A stretch of 63,880 nt of DNA, counting the filler, from Olpidium bornovanus S191 (taxonomy: Eukaryota > Fungi > Olpidiomycota): assembly GCA_017911155.1 (NCBI GenBank). It is 25 parts of 25 records of this genome, joined end to end, with 100 filler letters (N's around TTAATTAATTAA, not from the genome) between each part and the next. Parts side by side here need not be neighbours in the genome. Positions count along the whole stretch, not along the records: positions 34,064 to 38,085 come from JAEFCI010000640.1; positions 38,186 to 43,220 come from JAEFCI010001769.1; positions 43,321 to 44,689 come from JAEFCI010002075.1; positions 44,790 to 47,717 come from JAEFCI010001938.1; 21 more parts are not named here. One strand, 5' to 3'. Positions within the stretch are counted from its first letter, which is position 1; every line of letters starts with the position of its first letter. This document shows, one piece after another, positions 35,803-47,597 of the stretch. The notes below the pieces were generated by a model. That model was not told the origin of the DNA. It searched no databases and saw only the letters and a list, made by a program, of their open reading frames with translations. A program made the translations under genes and the position numbers.

Positions 35803-38085
35803 GCCGCAACCCGCGGTTCGGCAACGCCCGTTGTCCCAACAGAAAAGGCGGCAACCGCCAGCGCGGCAACAGCCGACGAACCAGCAGCATCCCCAACAGC
35901 AGCACAATCACCACCTCCACCACCACCATCACGAGCACCAGCACCCGCACCCGCACCAGCGTCTACACCAGCAGCAGGAGCAGCAGCAGCACCAACACCA
36001 ACACCAACAACATCAAGGCCGGCACCAGCACCAGCACCACGAACAGCACCACGAACAGCACCGGCACCGAGACCAGCACCAAGACCAGCACCAGAACCAT
36101 CACCATCACCAGGACCACGACGAGCACCGGCACCAGCATCAGCTCCTCGCTCCCGCGCCCTCTCCAGCGGCCCTGCAGGCGCAGCGGCACGCGGCCTTTG
36201 CCGCTGCCACGAAACCCTCGAACGTGACAGGCTCGGCGCTCGCCACCCGCCAGCCTGCGCGACAGGGCTTGCCTCCCGTGATTTGGTCGAGCTCGCAGCA
36301 CGACGTCGAAAGCGTCGCTTTTGGCGGCGGGCCGGTACGGCTGGCGGATCATTTTCCGCTTCAGCATGCTGCCGCGCAGCCGCTCGGCATCTCCCTTTTT
36401 GCATCCGCTGGCGGACCCGTGCAGGAAGATGCGGGGAGAATGGTACGCCGCGTCTGCTTGACCTGCGCACCGCTGGAGCCGGGGCGAAAAGGATCCGCGT
36501 GCGGGCCGCGGCGCTGATCCGTGCCAACCTCGCGCCGCGTTTTCTCTTTTCTCAGAGCCTGGGTGACCTCGTGCCGTTTTTACCGTCTAAACCTTACACC
36601 GTCTGGGACGACTTGGACGACGACTCCGCAGAGTTTGAAGCGCATTTCGACGCGCCGGGAGCGGGCGGCGGCGTCAAACTACCGTTCTCCGCCGCCGTGA
36701 TTTTGGCGCATTCTCAGCGAACATTGCCGGACGCCGGTCCCTTACCGGCGTCGCCGCAGCCTCAACCGCCGTTCGCTGCCGCGTTGTCGTGCGCGCAGCA
36801 GGACGCGCTGTATCCGGTCGGCATTGTCGGCCAGCGCACCGGCTCCGGCGTGGACGATCTCGCCGTTCTGGAGAGGAGCTGGGGATTGGCTTTGACCGCC
36901 GACCCGCAGTTCCTGTACCACGGCTTGCTGTCGCCGGTGGACTTGTCGCCGACATCCACGGCGATCGACGGCCTGGACGAGTATCTGGACAGCATCTATT
37001 CGGTCGATCCTGCGCCCGCGGCGCAAGCGGACCTGGTCACGCAATCCACCTCGTCCGCCGATGCAGAAGGCGCGGTCGCGGACCCCGTGAAGCGCGGCCG
37101 GTCGCCGGCCGGCGGCCACCGTGTCAGCGATGCGAACGGCTTTGCCGCCGACCCGCCGTCGACCTCCTCCGCGCCCGCCTCTCCGCCCGCGGCCGCCGGT
37201 GCGCCTGGCCGCGCTTTCGCGCCGAAAGCCGGCGGCGCCTCCAAGCGGAACCGTTCGCAAAAGTCAAAAGGGGCAGCCTCGTCCGACCCGGCGCGTTCGT
37301 CCGCGTCCGCGTCGACGTCTTCGTCGGGGCAGCAGCAGCAGCAGCAGCAGAATCCGGCGGACTTCGGGCCGATGTGCACCAACTGCGGCACCAGGACGAC
37401 GCCGCTGTGGCGGCGCGACCCCGAGGGCCAGCCCCTGTGCAACGCGTGCGGCCTGTTTCTGAAGCTGCACGGCGTCGTCCGCCCGCTCAGCCTAAAAACG
37501 GACATTATCAAGAAACGGAACCGGTCCGGAGGCGCCGCCAAGCAGGCCGCAGCCGCAGCCGCCGCCGCCGCCGCCGCAGCCGCAGCCGCCGCCGCAGCCT
37601 CTTCCGCAACCGGCGGCGGCGCCTGGACGTCTTCCAGCGCGGTCGTTCCGGCCAGCCCCGCCCTCCAGGACGCCGGCTCTGCCTGCGTCCCGGACTTCGC
37701 CGGGAGCGAAGTCGGCCGTCTGACGACCGCCCCGATTTTCGCGGCGCCGGCGCCGGCGCCGGCGCCGGCCCCCGCGGCCGCTCCTCCCGCCGACGCGTGC
37801 TTTTGTTCTCCGCAGTTCGATCCCGCCGGGTTCCCCTGCCCGGAAAACGAGCCGTTGCCGGGCCCCGAAGCGGCGCCGGCGGCGGCCGGGATGCCGGCCG
37901 TGTCCATCACGTCCACCGCCCTCATCGGCCAGGGCCCCAAGCGGCAGCGCAGGTTCTCGACGGAGGCGTCGGCCGCCGTCGCCGCGGCCCAGCAGCAAAG
38001 GAAACAACAGCTTCTTGAGCGCCAACTCCTCCTCGAGCGGACGGACCGGCGTCAGTTCCAGGAACAGGGCTTCGAAGGCTACATG
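34787..38085 (+). CDS. areA: AreA/Nit-2-type GATA nitrogen regulator, 3'-partial
   Basis: [32 protein letters not shown] (AreA N-terminal DUF1752 motif) and [50 protein letters not shown] (GATA finger). One phase-0 intron at 36443-36555. Confidence 0.93.
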
Positions 38086-38727
38086 NNNNNNNNNNNNNNN
38101 NNNNNNNNNNNNNNNNNNNNNNNNNNNNNTTAATTAATTAANNNNNNNNNNNNNNNNNNNNNNNNNNNNNNNNNNNNNNNNNNNNACATGTGCAGCACGC
38201 GGCTTTCCGCTCGTGGTCTCCCCGCCTGCTCCCCAATCCCTCTTCCGACCGTTTACAAGAAGCGCGAGAGCGCGGCCAGCGCCCACAGGCACGCGACCAG
38301 ACGCGCGCCGTGCCCGCCGAGGTGCCGATTGGCGATTGGTGGACTCCGGCAGAGTTAACGGAGGAGTGGCTACAGCTGCAATATTTATTGGCAATTCGTG
38401 CATAATTTTTTTTCGCTACAAAAGGAAGGGAAAAAAAGGTCGCGCTCTTCTGTCTTACGTGCTCGCCCGGAACTAGGGATTTGCGCGGGCGGGCGACGCG
38501 GTACCTGCCAGCCGCGGCCTAAAACCACACACCCAGCCGGCCCCGTCGTTGCCATCCCTCCCCCTTTCCTCTCCCGCCCGTCACAAACCACAGGTGAGCT
38601 TCTTCTAGCCATCAGACTCCGCAATCTGCGTAGAATTGAAAACGACTGGCTAGAATAAACTTCCGGTTTCGCGTTGCGTCCGATTGCGTCTGCACCCGCT
38701 CCGCCAATCCCCCGGTACGGCACGAAC

Positions 38728-38796
38728 AAGTGTGGTTGCGACAGGCTCGTCCAGCGTGTCCGTCGTGAATTCGTGCCGCCAGGACGTTCCACAGAC
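38728..38796 (-). CDS. Possible Yip1-family (YIPF6/Yip4-like) exon
   Basis: Clean CAG..GT phase-0 exon VCGTSWRHEFTTDTLDEPVATTL; the DTLDEPV..T motif is typical of YIPF6/Yip4. I could not find the expected downstream RDL and WDLWGP exons. Confidence 0.4.
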
Positions 38797-39332
38797 CTGG
38801 ATAGGGTGCAGAACTGGAACACAAAATAATCTAGAACTCTGCACAATTAAACAACTCGACGTCGTGCAACGGCGTACCACACACTTGAGGCGAGGATGGG
38901 AAGAAGTTGCCAAACTTAGCCGGTCCCACCAGAAAGGAGCCGTCGCCCCAGGGAGCACCACGTGAAGGTGTTTGACGAACTCCCCTTTTTCTGGGTCGGA
39001 AAAAACACCCCTCAGCAAGATAAGGGAGGAAAAAGCCCAAGGAACTATTCTCTATGTGAGGATTGGGGTTGTTATCCAAGCGACTTCCAGCCACATTCGG
39101 TAGCGGCGATGTAATAACAGTCATCGGCGTGAGCCCGTCCCGGGAAACTCAAACGCAGAAATGCGCCGACAGTTTTGAGAGGAACCGCTCGGATTTGAGA
39201 GGAACCGCTCGGAAGGGCTGGTTCACCCGTGATTTTCGTGCAAAAAAATCTCAAGGGCCACCGCAGGATCCGGCCGCAACCCCCGCTGCCCGCCCCGCGA
39301 CTCCTCACTTTGGGCCATAGTATCCCAAAGCG

Positions 39333-39600
39333 AGAAAGACACGCCTCTTGGCACCCGGACTGCCTGGTGAGAGCGAACGCGCTCGAGTGCGTGCGCACTC
39401 CAGACTTGGTGAATACCAGCCTTAACCGTGCACCTTTCGTTGAAGTAGCAGCGAAGTTTCCGACAATACCGGACGCCGAGGCTCTGCGCGATGGGATCTG
39501 GTAATCCGGGACCATTGCAAGGAAAACACGCTTCTCTGCCACCTGAGCGGCCTGGTGAGAGCGAACGTGCTAGCATGCGTGCACCCCGCCTTGTGCCACG
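39333..39600. repeat. Diverged direct repeat, offset ~188 bp (core CCTGGTGAGAGCGAACG)
   Basis: Identical 17-mer at 39363 and 39551 with similar flanks. An exact 20-bp tandem duplication also lies at 39174-39213. Confidence 0.7.
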
Positions 39601-39779
39601 CATGTCCCCAAGGTGCGGGAAAACCGTCTGCACTGCAAACTATGGGCGCCACGAATTATTGAGGTCGGAAGTTGGGAAGAAAACTAACTGAACTGCTACT
39701 GACCTTGCACGTTTAAGCCTTCGTCGTGTACAGTGCGCTCGTACTTGGTGGGGAGGTGGGAATCCCGTCAATCCACGGA

Positions 39780-40865
39780 AGTGAGTGGATGTGAAAAGCT
39801 AGGGAAGGTGGGAGGCGAGCCTTCTTCGACGCGTTTCCACGCGTGCGGAGCGGCGGTGGATGTGGGAAGCGAAGGGAGGTGGGAGGCGAGCAGCCTTCGT
39901 CGCATCTCCACGCGCGCGGGAGAAGGTGGACGTAGGAAGCACGAGGAGGTGGGAGGCGAGCAGCCTTCGTCACGTCTCCATGCGCGCGTGAGCGGGTGGA
40001 TGTGGAAAGCGAAGGTGGGTGGGAGGCAAGCAGCCTTCTTCGCGTCTCCACGCGCGCGTGGAAACGGGTGGATGTGGGAAGCGAGGAAAGATGCGAGGTG
40101 CGCAACTGTCGTCGATCTCCACGCGCACAGGAGGTGGGTAGCGAGCAGCCTTCGTCACGTTTCCACGCGCGCGGGAGCAGGTGGATGTGGAAAGCAAGGG
40201 GAAGGTGGAAGGCGAGCCTTCTTCGATGCGTCTTTACGCGTGCGGAGCGGTGGTGGACATGGGAAGCAAGGGGAGGTGGAAAGCAAGCCTTCTTCAACGC
40301 GTCTCCACGCGCGCGGAAGCTGGTGGATGTAGGAAACACGAAGAGGTGGAAGGCGAGCAGCCTTCGTCCCGTCTCCATGCACGCGGGAGCGGGCAGATGT
40401 GGAAAGCGAGGATGGGTGGAAGCGAGCAGGCTTCTTCGCGTCTCCACGTGCGTGGTGGGTGGAAGTGGGAAACGAGGAAAGGTGGGAGGCGCGCAACTAT
40501 CGTCGCATCTCCACGCGCGCAGGAGCGGGTGGATGTGGAAGGCGAGGGGAGGTGGGCGGCAAGCTTTTGTCACGTTTCCACGCGCGCGGGAGCAGGTGGA
40601 TGCGGGAATTTTGGGGTAGGTGGGAGGTGAGCCGTCTTCGTCGTGTCTCATGTGCGGGAGCTGTGGTGGACTTGGGAAGCTAGGGGATCTAGGAGGCAAG
40701 CCTTTTTCGACGCATCTCCAGGCACGCGGAGCGGCGGTGGACGTGGAAAGCGAGGGGAGGTGGGATGCGGGCAGCCATCGTCGTGTCTCCAATTGCTCGG
40801 AGCGGGTGGATGTGGGAAGCCGGCGGCTTTGCAGCACGCGCGCGGAGCGGGGCGGGTGGGAAGCT
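39780..40865. repeat. ~70-bp satellite array (~16 units) with higher-order structure
   Basis: The GTGGATGT anchor recurs at about 39785, 39856, 39926, 39996, 40068, 40181, 40253, 40323, 40393, 40459, 40529, 40596, 40666, 40737 and 40806. Confidence 0.92.
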
Positions 40866-41771
40866 AAGAGGCGAGGCAAGCCAGAGCAGCCTGCTTTGCG
40901 CGCGAAGGGGAGGCGGCGAAGGGCGGGGGGGGCGGCGCGGTCGAAAAGGAAGCCCCGTTTTACCGCCGGAGGTGCAGGGAGCGGAGCCGTTCGTGGGTTT
41001 TCCCTTCTTTTCTACCCGTTCGGCCCATCAGCATGAAACCACCATATTTTGCCCTTGACTGCTCTTTATCTAAGGGCATTGTGAACGTCGGTCTAGAGCC
41101 GACTACACACGACGTCTCTTTCGGTTCTCTGAAAACGTCGTTTAAAAGTGTTGCTCTTGACCTGGGGCTTGGCCATTGCGTCTTCAAACATTTAATGGCG
41201 AATTCCGGCCAGCGACCAGGCGGGTGCGACCCCGTCCGCCAAAAATTACATATTCGCACAGCTCGAGAGGCGGGATCTCGCACCCGCGGACTTTTCAGAC
41301 GCGGAAAATGCGTATTGTCGATGCGGAGGCGAACCGTGTCGGCTGTGCACTTGGCCCGGTTTGACCTTCGTTCGCGGTATTGACACCAGGCCAACTGGGC
41401 CGTCGTCTTTTCGGCGTTTTCGACGAGTGGTGCCGGTTTAGTGGTCAGGAGTGAGAAAAGCAGTCCGCGGCAAGTTTTCTTTTCGCGCGGGTCGGTGGGG
41501 CGAATCCGCCTCGGTCCAAAGCATCCGAGCCTTAATTCGGCTGCTGACGGGAAAGAACGCGCACCCCGACCCCCACCACCCTGTTGGAGCGCGCGGCGCC
41601 AAAAGGACAGAGGTCGGGCGCCGTGATAAGAGGACGAGGGAAAGGAAGAGTGTCGTCGCGAGCAGTTTGGGAGCGAGTATATCCGATCTGTGTGTTCGGC
41701 GATCCGAGATCGCGCAGAGCCTGTTGGTGTGTCAGGGGAGGAATGCGCAAAACAATACCCCCCAAAAAATT

Positions 41772-41843
41772 CTCCGGATCGGGGAATCGAACCCCGGCCA
41801 CCTCGGTGAAAGCGAGGGATCCTAACCTCTGGACCAATCCGGA
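41772..41843 (-). tRNA. tRNA-Glu(UUC): tRNA-Glu (anticodon UUC)
   Basis: 72-nt cloverleaf TCCGGAT TG GTCC AGAGGTTA GGAT C CCTCG CTTTCAC CGAGG TGGC CGGGG TTCGATT CCCCG ATCCGGA G, with all stems paired and a downstream T-tract terminator. Confidence 0.97.
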
Positions 41844-42166
41844 CTTATTAACGACACATAACCCGACTTTCGCAGCTAGGAAGGGCCATCGTCCGGCTTT
41901 TGCCGCTACGCAAAACTGCGGACTGGAACGCCCAGCAGCTCTGCCGAAAAGCGCTTTCTGAAATAATGAGCGACGATACGCGCCAAGGCTGACCTTGCTT
42001 CTGGTCGTACATCTGCGGATCCGCACGCAATTTGCCTTCGGTTCAGGGGGAAGAGGTGGGGGGGATGTTCCCTGCGAGGGTGTTTATTCCCTCAACCGGT
42101 CCTCAGCCCCCCCCCCCCCTTCCCGTTCCCCTTCCCCCAGCCCCGTGCGCGGCGCCCGCCCAGGTC

Positions 42167-43220
42167 ATGCGGCGTCGCCTTTTCGCCGTCTCCGTCCTCC
42201 CTGTCCTCCCCGTGTTTGCGCCTGCCCGGCCTCGCTCGAAACCCTGCGGCAGCAGTGGCAGCAGCGTGGGGAGGGCCATCGGCTCTGCCGCAAACAGGCT
42301 TGCTGCGCTGTGCCGCTGCTGCGCGCTCTCCTCTCGTGTCTCGCCGAGGGTCGCGGCCAGGCGTCCCGCGGGCCCGGCGCCAGCGCAGCTGGGAACTGCA
42401 TCAGTCGCAATCGACCGCGACATGGTCTCGCAATCTTTTGCGGATGTCGGCGCCGTGGCGTCTCTTGAGGCAGTCGTGTCCAGGGAGGACGCGGAGACGA
42501 AGGCGCGGGTGATTGCCTTTGCAAGAGCGCGCTTCGGAGGCAGGACACCCCTCCCCTTCAACGAGGCGGCAGGGCACGACTCGACCGCCGCTTTGCTTCC
42601 TACTTTGACCACCAGGTCTTTCTGGTCTGCCGTGTGCAAAGCGGGCTGTGTTCTCGTGAACGGCGAAACGACGGAGCGCACCCGGATCTTAAAAGAAGGC
42701 GACCTGGTCCGGTTTCTCTGGTCGCCTTCGGCGTTTTCGCCGGCGGACGACCACGTGAACCGCCTTACGCTGAGCGGCCTCGAGGTTCTGTACGAAGACG
42801 ACCACGTGGCCGTTGTCTGGAAAGGCCCAGGTCAGCGAGCGTGATGCTTAACGATCGAAGGGTTTGCCGGTGTTTCTGTGTTGACGTGGCCCGCAGACGT
42901 TTCTGATGCGCCTCTTCGGGTCACCCGATCCCGTTAGGGATTACGTATCCAGCTTTTGAAAAAGCGTTACCTCAGGTGCTGCTGCAGCAAGCCAACCGCG
43001 CCTGGCCACCAAGATGCCTTATTCGCTTAGAGAAGTCCATTTCTGGGCTGGTACGTCATGCAGCTTTTCCGTTCCGAACAGAGCTGTGCCTAACGGCAAG
43101 GTGCTGATTTCCGTCATCGATAAAGGCCGTTTGCGCGAAAACCCAAGCAGGCTACGACGCGTTGTGGGAACTCATATCTGAAGGTCGATTGGGCACTCGA
43201 TGGCGGGCAATATGCCATGG
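42167..43220 (+). CDS. RluA-family pseudouridine synthase-like protein with an S4-like region and a degenerate active site, 3'-partial
   Basis: VLVNGETTERTRILKEGDLV (S4-like), LEVLYEDDHVAVVWKGPG, PRCLIRLEKSISGL-AVCAKTQAGYDAL...WRAICHG. Introns at 42831-42937 and 43051-43125. Confidence 0.82.
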
Positions 43221-43614
43221 NNNNNNNNNNNNNNNNNNNNNNNNNNNNNNNNNNNNNNNNNNNNTTAATTAATTAANNNNNNNNNNNNNNNNNNNNNNNN
43301 NNNNNNNNNNNNNNNNNNNNCCGAAAACGCGCCTGGTGCGTTTTGTGCTCGACTTGTGGCGCCCCGAGGACATCGGGTGACCCGGGCGACGCGAGACGCC
43401 GTGAATCGGGCGGGGGATGGCTGGGTGAGATGGGGGGGGGGGGCCGGCGAAAGGCTGGTTTGAGCTAATGCGTTTGACTCACTGGTCACGTGATCGGTCG
43501 AGCGCGCTATTCTGCGGCTCGCGACCGAGCGGGACATGGCCCCTTTCCGGCTCTCTCAGACCTCCTTCCGCCCGCCGACCAGGGCCCGTGTTTTGCTAGG
43601 TCGGAAACCTGAAC

Positions 43615-44689
43615 ATGATCGCAGCCCTGTCCGCCTCACCCGATCTGCCGCGGCGCTCGTCCGAAAGGAAGCGGAGGTCGCCCGTTTCGAATTCGGCCTA
43701 CGCCTTGGACCGCTCCAGGCCCAGGGACACGTATCCGGGCGACTCAAAAACAAAGCGTGAGACACGTGTGACGCGCCCGAGCCTTTCGCCCGTTTTTCCC
43801 GAACGACGGGGTCCTCCGAATGGTTCCGTGGTAAACTTCGCCACGTCCGCTTCGTGAACCGTCAGTCTACGTCGGCGGCCTCACTTCTAGGATTGAGAAG
43901 CGCGACCTCGAGGACATCTTCGAGCGCTGCGGCCCGCTCGTGAGCGTCAAAATCAAAAATGGAGGGTTCGCGTTTGTAGAGTATGAGGTGAGTACAAAGG
44001 AAGGAAATACGTGGCCCCGTTGCCAGAACGCGTCAACAGTACTCTGTGTCTTTGCGGCCTGGTGTTTCCAGGGAGCGGAAGTTTTTGCATCGCTCATGGT
44101 CTGCGTGTATCTGCGTGTTGCGGAGTGAAAGGACGCCCGCGACGCCGAAGACGCCGTTCGAAAACTTTGTGATTACGAGCTCCAGGAATCTCGCCTCCTG
44201 GTCGAGTTCTCGCGCTCGAAGCATGGTGGCGGAGGTGGCTGCTTGTATGTTCTCAACTAATTGGGAGCAAATCGTTTGGCACCTGGACACGCTTTGCCAA
44301 GTTTCTGACTAGGCTTGCTCACTTCTCAGCCTTTGTGGCGCTTCTGGTCACTGGTATGCTTTTTTTTTCTCGCCCTTTCAGTTGTGTGTTCTCTCTCGGG
44401 ATGTGACCTCCTCCATCTTTATCCTTCCTCAGGGCTCGCGAATGCCCTGACTCTCGCAGTAAGGGTATGGATGTGCGCTCCGGCCTCTGCTTCAGATGCG
44501 GCCAACCGGGCCACCTGGCTCGTCATTGCCTGTACGTCGTTTGCCGAGCCCTGTACTTCGCCGATGTTCCACTTGGTGGCACCGCTTACTTCTCTTTTGC
44601 CTTCTTCACTTTCCAGCGGTCCAAATTACTGCGATGATCCGTACTACGGCGGCGCCAGCAGCCGCGGTCGCTCCAGGAGCCCTCATGGC
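43615..44689 (+). CDS. SR-type splicing factor: RRM + two CCHC zinc knuckles + RS tail, 3'-partial
   Basis: TKLYVGGLTSRIEKRDLEDIFERCG...GGFAFVEYE-DARDAEDAVRKL; CFLCGASGHWAREC (split over 3 exons); CFRCGQPGHLARHC; RGRSRSP. The start codon is uncertain. Confidence 0.88.
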
Positions 44690-45580
44690 NNNNNNNNNNN
44701 NNNNNNNNNNNNNNNNNNNNNNNNNNNNNNNNNTTAATTAATTAANNNNNNNNNNNNNNNNNNNNNNNNNNNNNNNNNNNNNNNNNNNNCCCCTCCCCCC
44801 CTCTCTCTCTCTCCGCCTCACCCCGATGTAAGTTTTGGCCAGTCCTGTGCAGTTGGTGCAATTTTGGTTTCCGAAGGCACCCCGCACCCAGCCCCTTTTC
44901 CCTTCCCCTGGGGCCAGGGCCAGGGGGGGGGTTTGGGGGGAGGGGGGCGGGAAGGGGGAGCACGGGGGGTGCGTTTTGTGTTGTTGTTGTTGCCGGGGAA
45001 AGTTCTGGGTCCCGCCTGAACGTGCGCGAGCGAAAGGGGGCCGGGCGAAGGAGGGGGAAGAAATGAGGGGCCCCGCCTCCGGGGGAAGGCGGGAAGCCGT
45101 CCGCAGTTCGCTCGCTCACTCCACGCACGCGCGCGCGGCCCTTCGGACAAAAACAACAGCAGGCAGGCCGCACCTTTTTTTATTTTTTTTTTTTTCATTT
45201 TTTTTTTTTCATTTTTTTTTTTTTGATTGCTCCTGCCGGGGCCCTTCCAACTGTTGGAACCGAGCCGAAGAAGAAGGCGAAGACGGCAGCAGCGTGTATA
45301 CCGCGAGCCCGAAAGAACAGGAAGGAAAGAGAACGTGTATTCGGGGCGTTTGTTTACTAGTTGCCCCTGGGCTTATTTTATATGGCGGCGACTAAAAGAA
45401 TCTACAGTACCCAGGGGTAACGCGGGGGCCCGGTGCGCACAGTGCGTCTACGGCTCAGGCCCTCCTCCCCCTTTATTCTACCCCAACCCCCCTTCCCCCC
45501 CCCCCCACCTCGGCACCTCTAGGCCTCGTCCTCCGCCGCACGAAACCACACCCACCCACAAGCAGCAAAGGCGGCTCACT

Positions 45581-47585
45581 ATGTCTGTCGTAGGTAAGTC
45601 CCCGCGCCCCGCCTCGCTGTGAACGCCTCTTGCCCCGCGCGTGGGCGGCTGTTATGTCCGCAGCCCTCCGCCGCTCTCATCCCGCCCCTCGTTCGCGCCC
45701 CCGGTTTGCTGACCTTGGCTCTCTCCCTCACCCGGGCTGAACCGCAGGTATCGACTTCGGCAACTTGCAGTCAATCATTGCCGTTGCGCGCAACCGCGGC
45801 ATCGACGTCATCTGCAACGAGGTTTCCAACAGGGCCACGCCGTAAGCACTCACTTTCGCGAGCGCGACGCGCTTAACGTTGTCGACTTTCGCCGCCGCGG
45901 GCTTCATGCTGACGTGCTCGCGTGCCACGCCTCCTTTAATTTTATTTTTTTCCGTTTCGTTTACAGCTCCCTTGTCTCCTTCGGCCCGCGCCAACGCTTT
46001 GTCGGCGAGTCGGCGAAGACTCAGGAAATTTCGAATTTTAGAAACACCGTTGGTTCGCTTAAGCGCCTCGTTGGCCGTTCGTTTAAGGACCCGGAGATCG
46101 CCAGCACGGAGGCCGCGCACATCAATGCGGACCTTGTTGAGGTTGAGGGCGGCGGCATCGGCGTCAGGGTGAACTACCTCGGCGAAGAGAAGGTGTTCTC
46201 GGCCACCCAGCTCGTCGCGACGTACTTCAGCAAGCTCAAAGATACCATCCTCGCCGAGACCAAGCAGAACGTCAGCAGCAGGCCCGACGTCGTTATCTCC
46301 GTCCCGCCGTGGTTCACTGACAACCAGAGAGCGTCCATCATTGATGCTGCAGATATCGCCGGTCTTAACTGTCTAAGGGTCATGAATGATTCAACTGCGT
46401 GTAATATACTCTCACTTGGCCGGCGCGTCCTTCAGTATGGCGTGGCGCTAGGATATTAAGCCGTACTGTCTTCTGGCGTCCTTCTTTGAATTAGCTGCGC
46501 TGGGTTACGGAATCACCAAAGCGGACCTACCGGAAGAGAAGGCCCGTCACGTCATGTTCGTAGATATTGGCCACTCCAATTGCTCCGTTGCCGTCGTCGC
46601 TTTCAAGAAGGGCGAACTGACCGTGAAGAGTACTGTTTGGGACCGGGACTTTGGCGGTCGCAATTTTGATGAGCTTCTTGTCGACCACTTCGCGAGAGAG
46701 TTTAAGGTACAGTAGAATAAGACTCGGTTTAACGCTCACATGCAGCGTGGTCAGAACTACGCCGCTCATGCGACTTTTGCGTCTGGTAATTCCGAACAGG
46801 AAAAGTACAATATCGATGTCACGAAGAACAACAAGGCGCTGTTCCGCCTCCGGACGGGGTGCGAGCGTCTGAAGAAAATTCTCTCTGCAAACTCGCAGGC
46901 CCCACTGAATATCGAGTCTATCATGGAGGACAAGGATGTTTCTTCCATGCTGACGCGGGCAGAGTTTGAAACGATGTCCTCCCAACTTTTGGAGCGCGTC
47001 GAGCCGACACTTTGGAAGGCACTGAAAGATGCTGGCCTCGAGATCGAGGATCTCGACACACTGGAGGTTGTCGGCGGGTGCACGCGCATTCCCGCAGTGA
47101 AGGAGCGTCTGGCTTCATTTATCGGCCGGGAAATTTCCACGACGTTGAACCAGGACGAGGCCGTGGCGCGGGGTTGCGCGCTGCAGTGCGCGATTATTTC
47201 GCCCGTCTTCAAGGTCCGCGACTTTGCTGTTAACGACATCGCACCACACCCTATCAAGTTCGCGTGGAAAACGCTGCCTGGCCAAAGTGAAGCCGACAGC
47301 CAGCTGGACGTGTTCACCCGCCAGCAGACGGTGCCGTCGACGAAGCTGCTGAGCTTCCGCCGGAAGGAGGACTTCACCGTTGAAGCGTGCTATGCGGACA
47401 TGTCCCGCCTACCGCCCGGCACCCCTGAAGTTGTTGGCCGCTACCATATCAAGGATGTCAAGCCTCCTGTTGGGGAGGAAATCGCCAATGTCAAGCTACG
47501 TGCGCGAATCAATCTGAATGGCATTCTTTCCGTGGAAGGGGCGTTTTTGGTTGAGGAAGTCAAGACCGAAGAGAAGGACGAGGCG
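45581..47585 (+). CDS. SSE1: Hsp110 (Sse1-like), C-terminus missing
   Basis: [59 protein letters not shown]...VFVDIGHS...[15 protein letters not shown]. The last exon ends at a GTGAGT donor at 47586. Confidence 0.96.
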
Positions 47586-47597
47586 GTGAGTCGTGCC

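Noticed and set aside
34477-35956. Long antisense ORFs over areA (also over SEC2, AGO, OXA1 and SSE1)
   Set aside because: Shadow ORFs expected from high GC and sense-strand codon bias.
39780-40865. Possible CRISPR array or 388-aa repeat protein
   Set aside because: Monomers diverge along their whole length with no unique spacers, there are no cas genes, and the context is eukaryotic. The 70-bp period rotates the frame, and the ORFs arise from stop-poor composition.
44998-45005. Heat-shock element upstream of SSE1 (GAAagTTC)
   Set aside because: Only two nGAAn units, ~580 bp upstream, which is expected by chance.
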